Origin: Ruditapes philippinarum
Lineage: Eukaryota
NCBI RefSeq assembly: GCF_026571515.1
Contig: NW_026854323.1
Location: forward strand, 1-64,000
Reading direction: 5' to 3'
DNA length: 64,000 nucleotides
In this document: positions 1 to 12,925 of the stretch, piece after piece
Numbering within the stretch: position 1 is the stretch's first letter
Layout of the letters: each line of letters opens with the position of its first letter
Notes under the pieces: model-generated
Told to the model about the DNA's origin: nothing
The model's database searches: none
The model's input: the letters and a program-made list of their open reading frames with translations, nothing else
Made by a program: the position numbers and the translations under genes

Positions 1-129
1 AGAAAAACTGAACAAAAATCCTTATCACGTATATGTGAAACGGAAGTTCACATATCCTATTTAACTGGTATTTATTCAAGCTAAGAAAACAAACGCAAAT
101 TTCCTTATATGAAATAATTTAAAGTTCCT

Positions 130-185
130 GTCGGGAATCGAACCGACAGTGGTAAGGTGCAAGTGGTTTGAGGTCACAGACCAAG
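130..185 (-). mobile_element. tRNA-derived SINE head fragment
   Basis: Reverse complement contains TCAAACCACTTGCACCTTACCACTGTCGGTTCGATTCCC (B-box-like GGTTCGATTCC). The same head is seen in the copy at about 39465. Confidence 0.5.
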
Positions 186-690
186 GACGCATCCATCTTC
201 ATTTTGAAAATGTTTATAGACGGTAACAAATTATCATACAGTAAGATAATAATTTCAGTCTTACTAACGTTGAAAGTTTAACCAATAAAAGCAAGCACGC
301 ACAATGCCTACACCAAGAAACAATTTTATTATAAATTGACTATTTAAAGTATATGACTGATGAATGTGACAAAATAAATGATCTCAGTATTGTTTTTAAG
401 CACTAGACACTTTCGTGTATTACACTTTGTAACAACTAACGTTTTCTTCCAATAAAATAAGTGCCAGTATGCAGTTTAACATGTAGACCAACATTTTCAT
501 TCTAAATAAGTACATCATTTGATAGTTAAAACATAGTATTAATATCAGTTAAGTCAATGGGAATTTGATTAAGAAAGACATTTTGCAATATAAAACAAAG
601 TCTACGTATTAACTTTAAATCAAACTTTTATTAACACCAGATATAACATCACGTAATACACTGTATATTGCTTTCCATATTATGTAAATG

Positions 691-2265
691 TTACTGTCCT
701 ATGTCAGCATAAGCGTCTGGTACATGCTGGAAACTTAATACAATCCTGAAAAAAAAATCATGATATATCTGAGATCAAGTAGAAAAGTACTTCGGGATAG
801 ACATGTCATTGAATTCATAAAATCTGGTTCAGATTTTCCATCTTCTAAGGTCAAGATTTATTCGTTTTTCAGACTTATCTCCCCAGGTCAGATAATATGT
901 TGATAATACTTGTCATTTTCAAAATATTTAGCCCTATCTCTGTAAAATAGTAATCAAAATAATTTTTCTGTTAGTTATAAATATTGGTTTAAACACATAA
1001 TTCTATCGTTTTATACAGAGACTTGTATACAATTTTATTAGATAAATGCCTGATATGCCTTTTATATATATTTCCGAAGATTTTAATACAAATGCAAGTG
1101 TCTCATACAAATTATACAAAACAAACCTGTTTCCCGGAATATTTGTTGCCTGTTTCAAAATCTCGAAAAACTTCGGATAGTATCCAGATATTTTGCTTGG
1201 ATCTTCAAAGACCTCTTTTGATTGCACTTGGCATACCATAGATGGTTCACGTGATCCTGCACAAAACGATGGTGTCTCGGCAATTAGGGTAACGAATACA
1301 TGCTACAATGTAAAAAAACAGACGTTTATTTTATAATATACATTGTTTGTACATGTTTATACTATACAAAATACGGGATGCGAGTAAATATAATCTAAAA
1401 GAAAAATAGACGTTTGATCTAACCGGATACGTTGTTTAAATATTAATTAACTGCTGATCCATTCGTTCTAAGTGAAGATACATATGCTTCTATTGAACTG
1501 GACTTTTATAATTGCCGATTTGTATAATTTTGTTGTTATACTACGAAATTAATTAAAATGAATTATTATATATAATTTGTACAGCAAAGCTGTCGAATTC
1601 AGATTTCGTGAAATTAAATCTGTTTTACTTCTGAACACATGTTTAGAAAAAAGAGAGCAATCGGCAACAATAACACAAAAGTGATGAAAATCTTAGACAC
1701 GTTTTGATGGCATTCGTTCATGACTGACAATGAAACCTCCCACTTGTAATGGCAATAATTTCTTAACTAGAAATTTATTAATAGAAATTTCTACATTAAA
1801 ATATTGGAATCATGAATCATACTTGTGACATTTTTTACAACTGACGATCGCTCAAGAGGAATGAAAATAAAAAAGTAAAGAGGATGAGTAAGTATTTTAC
1901 TTTTTTCCATGTTGAATCTAGTTAATACATCCATGCTAACCGGGCTCAACGTTCTTTATCTACCCCCATTATAATGATTGTTGTGGTTATACAGATAGGA
2001 GTAAGTCAGTATGAATGTAAAATGACATAACAAAGAATTTGATATCATCATGACTTTTACTTGCAATTTACATAACTTAAAAAGACACTTTTTTACAACG
2101 ATGATTATGTTGTTATTTATACATGTATTTTTAAACCAATTAAATAATAACACCTACCTCAAACGGTCTATTCAATGTCTCCGAAATGCATCTTGCTACC
2201 TTTTCTTCCAAATTAACGTCTATATCCGATCGCTTTAAATTTGTGTATAGAAGACAAATTGGCAT
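691..2265 (-). CDS. Macrophage migration inhibitory factor / D-dopachrome tautomerase family protein, 3 exons, 112 aa
   Basis: Exons 2265-2158 (108 nt), 1302-1127 (176 nt), 745-691 (55 nt), all GT-AG and in phase. Protein MPICLLYTNLKRSDIDVNLEEKVARCISETLNRPFE/HVFVTLIAETPSFCAGSREPSMVCQVQSKEVFEDPSKISGYYPKFFEILKQATNIPGNR/IVLSFQHVPDAYADIGQ*. N-terminal MP...TN, xxGSxEP, length and intron positions (codon 36 phase 0; phase 2 in the Arg codon) match MIF/DDT genes. AATAAA on the minus strand at 627-632. Confidence 0.88.
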
Positions 2266-3297
2266 ATTTATAAGTTTAAGGTGAAACACAATGGTAAAAT
2301 GATGAACTACACTGAATCTGTCTAGCTTATACAAATATCGCTATCTGCACTGACCTTGAATTTAATAATACATTCAAACGAGTTATATATTATCTATTTT
2401 ACCCTATATACATGTATCAGAAACAATGTTGTACTATGATAATAAATCGTATGTATCTAACCATTTTTGATAAACTGTGGGCTTTACTTAAAATATTTAA
2501 AAGGCTATTTTTTAAGGCATTTGGAATTTAACTTAAAATATCAGGCGTAATCTCGTATGTTCCGCGTAGCAAAGAAAAGAACTGCTATAAGCGAACAACA
2601 TACTGTTTTCGAAACAACGTTTTCGTTCCAAGATCCGCGATATCCAATGTCACACGGAAATTTCAACAACTTTGAAAGCGGCAGTTTAATCATTATAGCT
2701 TAATCTGTTTACATGTTTGTTTTAGAAACAAGACTTTGCAAAGGAAATCACGATGCTTTTTTTTGTACAGGAAGAATACTCCTGGAAATTTTGTAAAGCT
2801 ACATGTACCCGGAAAAAGTATTCAAACCTATCGATACTTAATGTTTAAAAATAATATCTTATAATTTAAACTTTTATTAAGGAACATATATCGAACTAAG
2901 AAAAACCTTGAAATCGTTGATTTATTTAATAGCTTCAATGACATTCAGCCTACAATACTGCCACCGCCACTGCAAATGAAGAAGAAACTTTTTAATTCTA
3001 CAGATTTCCGTCATACTTCTTAATGGAACCGTCATGACAAAAGTCCTTATTAATTTAAATGTATGAACACCGGAAATTCCTTACGGCTGTAGCTGTCGCG
3101 GCCCAATAACGTTTACTTTGAAAGCTTGTGACTGCAAGCGATATTAGGAATGTTACTTCAGAAGTTGTTGCCAGTTTGACCAAAAACGAGGCGTCGGCAT
3201 CAATGCTCAATGAAACATAAATGCAGTTCTTGAGTTCAAACATCAATAATATTAAAGTTGTATGCCAAAAAAAAACATTAAAGTATTTTTGGATGCA

Positions 3298-5415
3298 TTA
3301 AATTTTTGACTGCCTATAAAAAAGAATAAATATATTCGAAAAGCTCAAGTCTCTTTTTCATTAATCGGTAGAAAAAGGAAACACACATGAAGTGAGCCTA
3401 CCTTTTCTCACAGATGTAATGTTCAGGCCTGTCACACCTGACATCTGCCCACCTGTAGTCATTGGGACTGTCAATGAGAACACAGTTTTCGTGATCATGT
3501 CCATCAGGTTCTCCTGGTCCCCAGTTTGAGAAGGTAACTAATTGCTGGCTTGTCGTCCACATATATTCTCCTTCTATTAGTTTGTCTGTTAGTCCTATCC
3601 AGAAATAGTCTGCAAAAAGGCCAACTGCATGTTAAATTGTATATTAACACTTGAATGACTGTTTGACCATGAAATCTTAACATGCTCGATATAACAAAGC
3701 AAAGCTGTGGTTTCATTTACACAAATACCATCCTGTTAGAAACACGAATAATAATGGGGGATATAAATGAATCGTAATGGATTAATCACCTGGACTTAAA
3801 AATTTACTTTTCTATTAATATGACGATGAACATGCATGTATAGTTTCTTAATGATATCGTTAGAGTTTGAAAAGAATCATGAGTTATTTAAGTCCTAATA
3901 ATTATATTTTTTCTTTGATATGGCATGTTATTATAATATTGATTATTTTGAGATGAATTCATACAATTACTACCAGTAGACAGTGAAAACTAAAAAAGCA
4001 CTTGGGTTAATTTTTTATTTTTGTATATATATGTAAATATATTTGATAATTTGATCAATCTGGCATTAAAATAACTCATATATCATAAGATTTGTTTTAT
4101 TTCTCTCAAATATCAGAATAACTAGTGGTACAAAAGTTTTTACAACACTTTTAAAAAATGTTATGATAAAGTTGGAAGGGTTTGCCATTTTAAACTTTTC
4201 TCTTGACTTTCTGTTTACATTGGATTGTGATATATAGTCATGACTTGAGTTACACTGTTTTGATGAATGACATATCAATAAACTACAACATGAGAAAAGT
4301 GTTGACTGTAGAAATTAGAAAAAAAATATCTTGTACAAAGTCATACCTCCTAGAATTCTTGCCTTTTCAGAGATATAATTTTGCTCGTCCCATGAATCGA
4401 CTTCGACAAGCATAGCACCAAAGAGTTTACACGATTGCTGACAAAGGTTAAGAAAATATACATACTTTATTATGTTATTGGTTAAACTTCTTACAAAGAG
4501 AAACAATTCAACCATTATGAAACATTTACTGACTAACAAATATAATTGTGTTTATAGCCGTAAAAAATTTCTTAACAATGACTAAAATATTTTTAAGAAT
4601 TGTGAATATTTCTTGTACTGCGCTTTAAACGAGTATTTACTTTATACGTGTACATTTTAATCAAATAACGAACAGTCAGGCATAGTGGCAACTAAATGAA
4701 TCCCTACTGGGAAGCATGTTGGTTTTCTACCATTGTCTACCATTGCCTACTTAACCAAAACTTATGTTTCAGTCAAATGAGTAAACACGGAGAAGAGCAC
4801 ATCATTGTGATAGGACACATCGTTTCAGTATTAAAGACAAGACTTTAGTGTAGCCCAAAGAAACATTACAGCTGAAATAAGGCACCGAAGCAGAACATGC
4901 TTCTTTTATGCGAGGATTATCTTGAAGTTTCCTCTTCGGAACATCTTCGTCGACTTCAATAAGTCATTATTAGTCTAATTAGAAATATTCCGGTAACAAC
5001 TTCGTCTGGATAGCCTTAATGTAAGTAAATACTATAGTTAGGGGGATTTTTTGCTTGTTAACCGTTGTCCTGGCATCTTGACTCTTAGACGGACGTAAGG
5101 TCAAAAATCTTTATGATAGGACATTTTAATAAGACCATTTAATTTACTAGATAGAATGGAATTTACCGCTTTTTTATAGTTGTCTGTATTAAACAGATAT
5201 CATCTCGTTGCCCAGACAGACGAACAGACAAAGCTGCGACTATGTTCTTTGCCTTGGAGAACATAACATAAGGGCTCAATTTTCTGTAGCGACAATATAT
5301 TATACAAGACAACATACATGTGCAGCTTCCCATGCCTCTTTTCCGTGGCTAAAAAAGTAGCATGACCCCCTGTGTACCTCAAAACCATCTGTACAAGAAG
5401 TTCCACTGACAAAAC
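3298..5415 (-). CDS. Perlucin-like C-type lectin, copy 1 (EPD/WAD); signal-peptide exon damaged or unresolved
   Basis: Exons 5415-5318 (FVSGTSCTDGFEVHRGSCYFFSHGKEAWEAAH), 4437-4347 (QSCKLFGAMLVEVDSWDEQNYISEKARILG), 3609-3402 (DYFWIGLTDKLIEGEYMW...NWGPGEPDGHDHENCV...WADVRCDRPEHYICEK), probable last exon 3313-3298 (RQSKI*). GT-AG junctions and phases are consistent; WIGL motif and six CTLD cysteines present. Confidence 0.88.
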
Positions 5416-6139
5416 CTGAAGTGTATGAAGTAAACTAGATTGATTTAAAAAAAGTTAGAAAATCAGTTTAGTTTGTATTTACCTGTTTACTATAGCAGCT
5501 ATTAGAAAGCAAATGCTTTATCTGAAATTAATAAATAGGTAATGGTAATTAAGAAACAATATTAAGATAATTGATCAAATTTATACCTATAGTGAGTTGA
5601 AGATAAAAAAATGCTAACAACACATCCATTTTGCGCAATTGAAAATAATTTAAACCTTGATTTTACAAGTCTTATCAAAACCGGTGTTACACGAAAACCT
5701 TGATAACATGACTTATATAGCAATTTCTCTGAGACTTCCGTGTATTTTTATGCGCTTTCATTGGTTACACCTGAAGGAAGTAAAATAAAATTTCAACAAT
5801 TTGAAAATAACAGTATGATATTTACAGTTTTTAAAAAAAAGCTTGCTAACAAGGTTAAAAAATCTTAGAGTTAATGCTCATACAAAAGCTCCGTTGTGCC
5901 TGATATATGAACAATAATGAAAATTACAGGAACTGTAAGGAATGGCTTGTAATAAGTACTATTGATGAACAAAGCTATCATTTTGTTAGTTTTGTACCTT
6001 ACTCCCCTAATGGAATATATCAACGACAAAAGAAATAAAAAACAGACAAGGGGAGGGAAATTGTCCGCTGCAAAAAGAAAAAGGACAGGGTATCTTTAAA
6101 GGAAATATCAGTAGGGGTATTGTCCTGCACTGAAATATG

Positions 6140-6435
6140 AACTACTACGCGGGTCAGGAAAGGGTCACAATTCAGCGTGAAGACCGTTTTATTGTCGCCC
6201 AAGCGCGACGTCAGCGTTATATTACGGCTACTGCCCTGCAAAATGACTTAAATTATGCCAGTGGCATAAGAATTGCTAGGCAAACAATCAGAAAGGGTTT
6301 TCATAGAGCGGGCATGAGGGCCAGACAACCAGCAATCTGCATCCATGAACGTTTCAATGGGCGCCCGCTAACGTCAGAATGACTGGACCCTAGTTATTTT
6401 CAATGACGGATCAAGATTTTTTGAGGACTAGACTG
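6140..6435 (+). mobile_element. Tc1/mariner transposase remnant (HTH region)
   Basis: RVTIQREDRFIVAQARRQRYITATALQNDLNYASGIRIARQTIRKGFHRAGMRARQP matches the Tc1 'GRPRVTT..EDR.I...' / HTH_Tnp_Tc3_2 pattern; truncated and frameshifted. Confidence 0.8.
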
Positions 6436-6929
6436 ATACACACGAAATTCGAGTTTCAAACCTCCCCATGGTCTTTTGATTCCTTTCTACCCAATTGTAA
6501 ATCACCTGTTCGGTATTTTGTAAGGAGTCTTCTGATTTGCCAATAGCAATGAAACCGCAACGTTTCGCACAAGTATGCCTGATGGCGTAAACAGCAATTT
6601 ATATTTAGCTCCATGTCAGATGCTACTGAGGGTTGTGAGTGGTCCCACTTAATGTATTTTGTAATATTATTTAGTAAATTCAAGTGATTTTGACCCGGAC
6701 TAGGCTAACAAACATGAATTAGTCTATGTTTAGTACCGAATCGTTGTACTACCAGGGATTTTTAGCACGGATGCGCTCGTTTGCTGATAGATATTTCATG
6801 ACCGGGAAAGGCTACATACTTGGGGTCGGTCTCATTTAGAAGCTTACTACAAACGTGAAATAGTGATAAAAGAGTTTTTAATTATCTGATCCGTAGGCTC
6901 GAATCTGAAGTTTCCGGCCTTCTCTTAAC

Positions 6930-8745
6930 TTCTTAGCTATAAAGGCTAATTGATCTGGAAAATACCTTACCCGAATCACTTTGGACTGAAATAAAAGACA
7001 GACAGTAATGAAAAACTTTGATAGCTAATTTTTATCGTCCACCTAATACAAATATAGACTTTTGGGTTATATTGAATATATGTCTAGAAAATGCTTTTAA
7101 TAAATCAAGTAGAGTTCTATTTGTAGGTGACATTAATGAAGACCAGTTGAACATAAGAAACCATAAACTTCGCGGTGTATTAATTTTAAATAATATGTAT
7201 AGTGTTAAATTACGGAACCGACACGAGTCGCAGACAACTCGTCAACTCTTATTGATCCAATTGCTATCTCAGACCAGAATTTAATTTTACATTCGGGTAT
7301 TTTTAAGACACCGAGGAATATCAGTTATCATTTTGGCACTGATATTTACAATGTATATTAAATTTAATTTACCGCAATCAGTACCTTACAAAAGACTTGT
7401 ATGGTATTACAATCGCTCTCATTTTGAGATATTTCAAAAGCGTTCGATAGAGTATGGCACGAAGGACTTAGATCTATATTCAAATTAAAACAATACGGAA
7501 TTAATGGTCAGATTCTAAAATGGACAAATAATTATCTAAGTAATCGAAATCAAAAGGTCTTTGTTGGTTCCTCCTATTCCAAAAGTAAATATATCACTGC
7601 TGGGGTCCCCAAGGCTCTGCCCTTGGCCCCTTATTATTTCTAATTTATGTCAATGACATTGCCGATAATCTAATCAGTGTAACAAGACTTTTTGCAGATG
7701 ATAGCTCTCTCGCAGTTTCCAGTTCTTTTATGGAACGTACCCTTAATGAAGACTGAAATAAAATTACGGAATGTTCGAAACGTTGGCTAGTAAACTTCTA
7801 AATCCTAACAAAACATAAGTGTTATTTTTTACACTTGGGTCTGACGATAAGCCATCTCTCTACTTTGATAATGTTTCTCTTGATTAAGTTAACAGTCATA
7901 AACACTTTGGTGTCACTTTTAGTACTGATGGTAAATGGCATGACCACATAAACAATATATTATTGTCTGCTTCCAAAGTTCTAGGATCTATGAGAGCATC
8001 AAAATACAAACTTAAACGAAAAACTTTAAATCAAATATACATTTCCTACATGAGACCAATCTTAGAATATGCGTCAATTGTCTGGGATGGATGCGCGGAT
8101 TACGAGAAACACTCTTGAGAAACTTCAATACGAAGCGGCACGTATCGTTACTGGCCTAACACGGTCTGTTTCTATTGAGCGTTTGCTTAATGAAATCGGT
8201 TGGGTATCATTGTCTGACAGACAAACTATTCCAAAACTCGTTACTTAGTATAAAGCTAAACAGGCACCCTAACGGATTATTTGTTAAACATTTTTCCAGA
8301 TACCCTTTCTAACAATGTGCCTTATGTCTTAAGAAACAGGGACAACTATACAACTGTAGCACGTCGTACTCAAATTTTTACAAACTCATTTATCAGCAAC
8401 GTCATTATGGAATAACTTGGATACTGATATAGGAAATTCATCCTCCCTTTAATATATTTAAATGCAAACTTAAACAGAAATACAAACCTCAGACAGTTTC
8501 TATTTATTTCTGTATCGGGGATCGTCTACACTCGGTTTTACACGCTCAAATTCGTAACAAATGTAGCAATTTAAATGCTGATTTATTTAGAAATCATTTA
8601 AGAGAAAATGCATCTTGTTAATGCTTGTTGATCATACACCACAACGAATTCAACATTTTAATGCTACTCGCATTTTTCATCCATTAAATACGTGTACTCT
8701 TCTTTTTGGTAATATGACCTATTCCGAAGAAGGCAATTCATTTTT
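6930..8745 (+). mobile_element. Degenerate CR1-group LINE (APE endonuclease end fused to RT C-terminal half)
   Basis: IANFYRPPN...LFVGDIN (endonuclease); DISKAFDRVWHEGL, AGVPQGS.LGPLLFLIYVNDI, RLFADDSSL (RT); HKHFGV and RPILEYASIVW downstream. Many stops and frameshifts. Confidence 0.9.
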
Positions 8746-8749
8746 TTAC

Positions 8750-8860
8750 ATTACACCAACACACTAAATTGAGCAAGGTCATATGGCCACTTTCCAGCTT
8801 TACTGGTGGTTGTGGATAAAAATCTCAGACGCCTCTCTGCACATTTTTTTCTGGCATGTA
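8750..8860 (-). mobile_element. SINE 3' fragment
   Basis: AGGTCATATGGCCACTTTCCAGCTTTACTGGTGG is the reverse complement of the SINE body seen at about 39680-39740. Confidence 0.5.
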
Positions 8861-9485
8861 CAAATAAAATTTATAACTAAATTAAAGACAAATCATGACA
8901 TTTGATCAACATGTAATTATCAGCTGCGCTTCGGGCCATATTCCTTCCGAGGTCTGACCAACCAGTCCGTAAACTTACATATTGCCCTCAAGGACATGTT
9001 TTATTTGTTAAATATTGTATAACACAATGGAATAATGTATAACAAAGTGAAACATCGTTTATACTAACGAGGAAATTCAAATATCCGTAATAAAAGTTAT
9101 ACTATCAATGAAGTTGGTACAAAATTTTGCTGCAACCAATGAATTTGAAAATGCTACATGGACAACACAGCATTTATTTGTATTCTTGGTATAACTAGCT
9201 AAAGTTAAATAAATGGAGGTTTAGGATTCTCTATGTTTGATTACCGCGACTTCTTTATAAAATGACTAAAAGGATGAACACAGGAAGATGTATTTATCAA
9301 GTAAAAATATGTGCCTTACCTATCAAACAAAGGCCTTTTCTGTGTAAACCGAATGGTGTTCTCAGGGGACTTTATACCCAGTAAACTGATTTAGGATTCT
9401 ATTAAAAGTAAACTATAAGTAAACGATATCATTCATAGTTTATTTTTTACTTTGTTTACTACAAACAATGTAAATTAGTGTCTCG

Positions 9486-11347
9486 TCAGCCGACTATCTG
9501 TTCGTTGTCTGCGCTGGAAAAAATAGCGATTGAGTTTTTATTAAACCTTTTGACTTTTCAACTCCTTAAATTTATTGCCTGCAAAATATCAAAATAATGT
9601 TCTGGTATCAATATGATAGTAAATGTTCATATTTCTTTGATATGAAAGAAAAGATCAACATACGAGTTTAACAAACATGTGAGCTAACCTCTTTTCACAT
9701 ATGTAGTGTTCTGTCCGGGTGCAAATAACGTCCCCCCATTGATAGTTTATGGATGGTGCGTAAACAACACAGTCTTCATCGCCAGCACCGTTTGGCTCCC
9801 CAACACCCCAGTTAGAGAACGCATCACCTGTCAGTACCTGTAAACTAGACTCCCAGATATATTCTCCCTCAACTAGTTTGTCACTCAGTCCAATATACCA
9901 ATAGTCTGTAATAATATAACATGTCATAAAATTAAATTTGTGCTGGAAATGAATTCAAAAAAAGAAGACGTGTGAATATATATTATAATAATAATAATGA
10001 TAATAATAATAAAATCTTTATTTATAGAAGGTAACATACAAAGTTTACAGTAACAAGTATACTTATTTTCAGTATGACCTTCTGAATTAACAATAACAAA
10101 GATCCATTCAAATATTTAAAATCTTTTGGTTTATATATAAAAAAAGTATTTATATTATTTAATGTAAAAGTTAGATAATTTTTATTCATTCATCCGACTG
10201 ACACTCATGTTAATTATTATGATTCCAATAAGACCAACCACACGCGTACATTCACTTATTTATTTTTCATAATGATTTCGAACTAGTATTTTAATATATA
10301 TTATTAAATTACGTGTATATTTCTCAAAAAGTTAATCTGTTATGTATGTATGAGAACATAATTATTTTCTATAACTTTAGATTTTGTCATTGCTGAATTC
10401 ATTTTGCCAGTGAAAAGAACTATGAATTACAAAAAGGAAAAGTGGCCAGTAGCACTTTTAATGAAATGTCGTCGCACAACATGTGTATTTACAAAAAAAA
10501 AATAGTTTTCAACAAATAATATGTTAAATTATTTCTTAGTTTTGAGACTTAGCTCATACCGAATGTTGTCATTCTTAATAAAGACATATGACAATGTCCC
10601 AAACATTCACTAGAGGGAAAAAAATCAAGCGTGGATTGACACGTGTGTTGAATCAACAACCCCTTCCACATTATTTCTTCTACTTTAAATGTTTAAATTT
10701 CGTTAGTACCCTCGAGGAACTTTATTCGGTAGTACTCTCGGGGAGCTTTTATTCTTTTAAAAGGAGCGCATATAGCTGTTTGAGATAGGTCTAAAAGAAG
10801 TTTTTGTTTAAATATCACGGAGAGCTGTATTCGGCGAAAATTATATTCGGCGTTACACACTCGTTCTCAATACCCAAAAAATTCATTGTGTCAGCATACT
10901 TCCGAGGGTTCGTGCTTTTGAAGAAAGGTAAGCGTCTTCGTCGGCGGAATTGACCTCAACCAGCATTGCGTCGAAGATTTTACAAGATTGCTGAAATTTT
11001 CGTTATATAAATATTTTATCATTTTAACGTTTAATGTAAGAATTCAAAACATTGTATCAATCAGTAATGCTTCTTTATTGAGTACAGAAAATATACGTAA
11101 GAAATTCATCTCGTAAAAGACAAACACACAGTTATACGTGTCCTATATCATTTTATACATGTCTTAATTATGCGTTATGTTTAAATATATAGTTAATACA
11201 TGTAATATCATTTAAAGTCAAAAGAAGAAAACAGTTATTTTGAACATACATAGGCTCCTGTCCATGTTTCTTTATCGTGGCTGAAAAAATAGCAGGAACC
11301 ATGGTGTGGCTCAAATCCATCTGGACACGATGTTGCACTGAAAATCC
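9486..11347 (-). CDS. Perlucin-like C-type lectin, copy 2 (EPN/WGD); 5' exon missing, probably in the N gap
   Basis: Exons 11347-11250 (IFSATSCPDGFEPHHGSCYFFSHDKETWTGAY), 10990-10900 (QSCKIFDAMLVEVNSADEDAYLSSKARTLG), 9905-9689 (YWYIGLSDKLVEGEYIW...NWGVGEPNGAGDEDCV...WGDVICTRTEHYICEK), 9513-9486 (SADNEQIVG*). Exon sizes (98 and 91 nt) and phases are the same as in copy 1. Confidence 0.9.
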
Positions 11348-11441
11348 CTGCAAATATTCTTATTTGTTCTTAATGATTTTAAAAGACGTTTGATAATTGA
11401 TCTCGACCCTTAACAAAGCCTTCATGATGTGTGATATTCTG

Positions 11442-11706
11442 NNNNNNNNNNNNNNNNNNNNNNNNNNNNNNNNNNNNNNNNNNNNNNNNNNNNNNNNNNN
11501 NNNNNNNNNNNNNNNNNNNNNNNNNNNNNNNNNNNNNNNNNNNNNNNNNNNNNNNNNNNNNNNNNNNNNNNNNNNNNNNNNNNNNNNNNNNNNNNNNNNN
11601 NNNNNNNNNNNNNNNNNNNNNNNNNNNNNNNNNNNNNNNNNNNNNNNNNNNNNNNNNNNNNNNNNNNNNNNNNNNNNNNNNNNNNNNNNNNNNNNNNNNN
11701 NNNNNN
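11442..11706. other. Assembly gap (265 N)
   Basis: Run of N. Confidence 1.
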
Positions 11707-11969
11707 ATATAACAACTTACAAAGTACATATTACATACGATACATATATCTTAATTCTTAATATGAACTTCTGAATAAAACAGCATTGTTGTGACAACAA
11801 TAATAACTATTACAATTGGAAAACACTCCACTCAAGTAATGAATGTCCTTTACACAATTTCAACGTACTATAACCAGTTAACAACTGTAATAATAGCATA
11901 ATATTGTTACTATACAGTTGACGAAATAAAATAAAAAGTGTTTCACTATTATGATCATGATCATCATTA

Positions 11970-12925
11970 TTATGCCCCTACCCCTTTAAAGAAATGGGGG
12001 TATATTGCTTTCCATTTGTCTGTCGGTCGGTCCGTCCGTCCGTCCGTAAACCAAATGGTTTCCGATCAATAACTGAAGAACGCTTTAGCCTAGGAACTTC
12101 AAACTTGGTATGGGGATTGTTTATGACCAGTAGATAACCCCTATTGATTTTGGGGTCAACGGATCAAGGTTAATGTCACATTGACCTTGAAGGTAAAAAC
12201 GGTTACCGATCAATAACCTGACAACTCATGGGCTGTTGGCCCTCAAACTTCGTAGGTGCATTCATCTTGGCAAATAGATGACCCCCCGGTTAATTTTAAG
12301 GTCAAGGAGTCAAAGGTCAAGGTCACATCGACCTTGTGGGTAAAACGATTTTTTTATCAATAACTTGACAACCAATAGGATATTTTCACTCAAACTTCGT
12401 AGGTGCATTAGTCTTGGCTATTAATTTTGGGGTCAATGGGTCAACGGTTAAGGTCATATTGACCTTGTAGGTAAAAAGGTTTCCTATCAATAACTTGACA
12501 ACCCATGAGCCCTTGGCCCTCAAATTGCATAGGTACATTGGCCTTGGCTAGTAAATGACCTCTATTGATTTTGGGGTCAGGGGGTCAAAGGTTAAGGTCA
12601 CATTGACCTTGTATGTGAAAACACGTTCCTATCAAAAAGTGGACAACCCATGGACCATTTACCTTCAAACTTCACAAATACTTTGCTTTTGGTCAGAAAA
12701 TGACCTCAACGGATTTTTGAGGTCAATGGAGTCAGAGGTCACATTGACCTTATAGATAAAAATGGTTTCTGGTCAATATCTCAACAACTCATGTGCCTTT
12801 TAACTTCAAACTTCCCAGATGCATTGGTCTATATTAGTAGATAACTCCTATCGATTTAAGGGCCAAAGGTCAAAGTCACATTGACGTTGTACGTAAAAAC
12901 GGTTTCCGACCAATAACTCAAAAGC
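11970..12925 (+). mobile_element. Non-autonomous element with internal tandem array (pearl/HINE-type bivalve repeat)
   Basis: 5' TATGCCCC...GGGGG hairpin, (GTCG/GTCC)n microsatellite at about 12020-12046, then about 6 units of roughly 140 bp containing CAATAAC...CAAACTT...CTATTGATTTTGGGGTCA...GGTCAAGGTCACATTGACCTTG. Confidence 0.75.

Noticed and set aside
3051-3087. Alternative last exon for lectin copy 1 (SRKEFPVFIHLN*)
   Set aside because: It lacks a polypyrimidine tract; the acceptor at 3314 is much stronger. Not excluded without RNA data.
11379-11774. ORFs spanning the N run
   Set aside because: Artefacts of the assembly gap.
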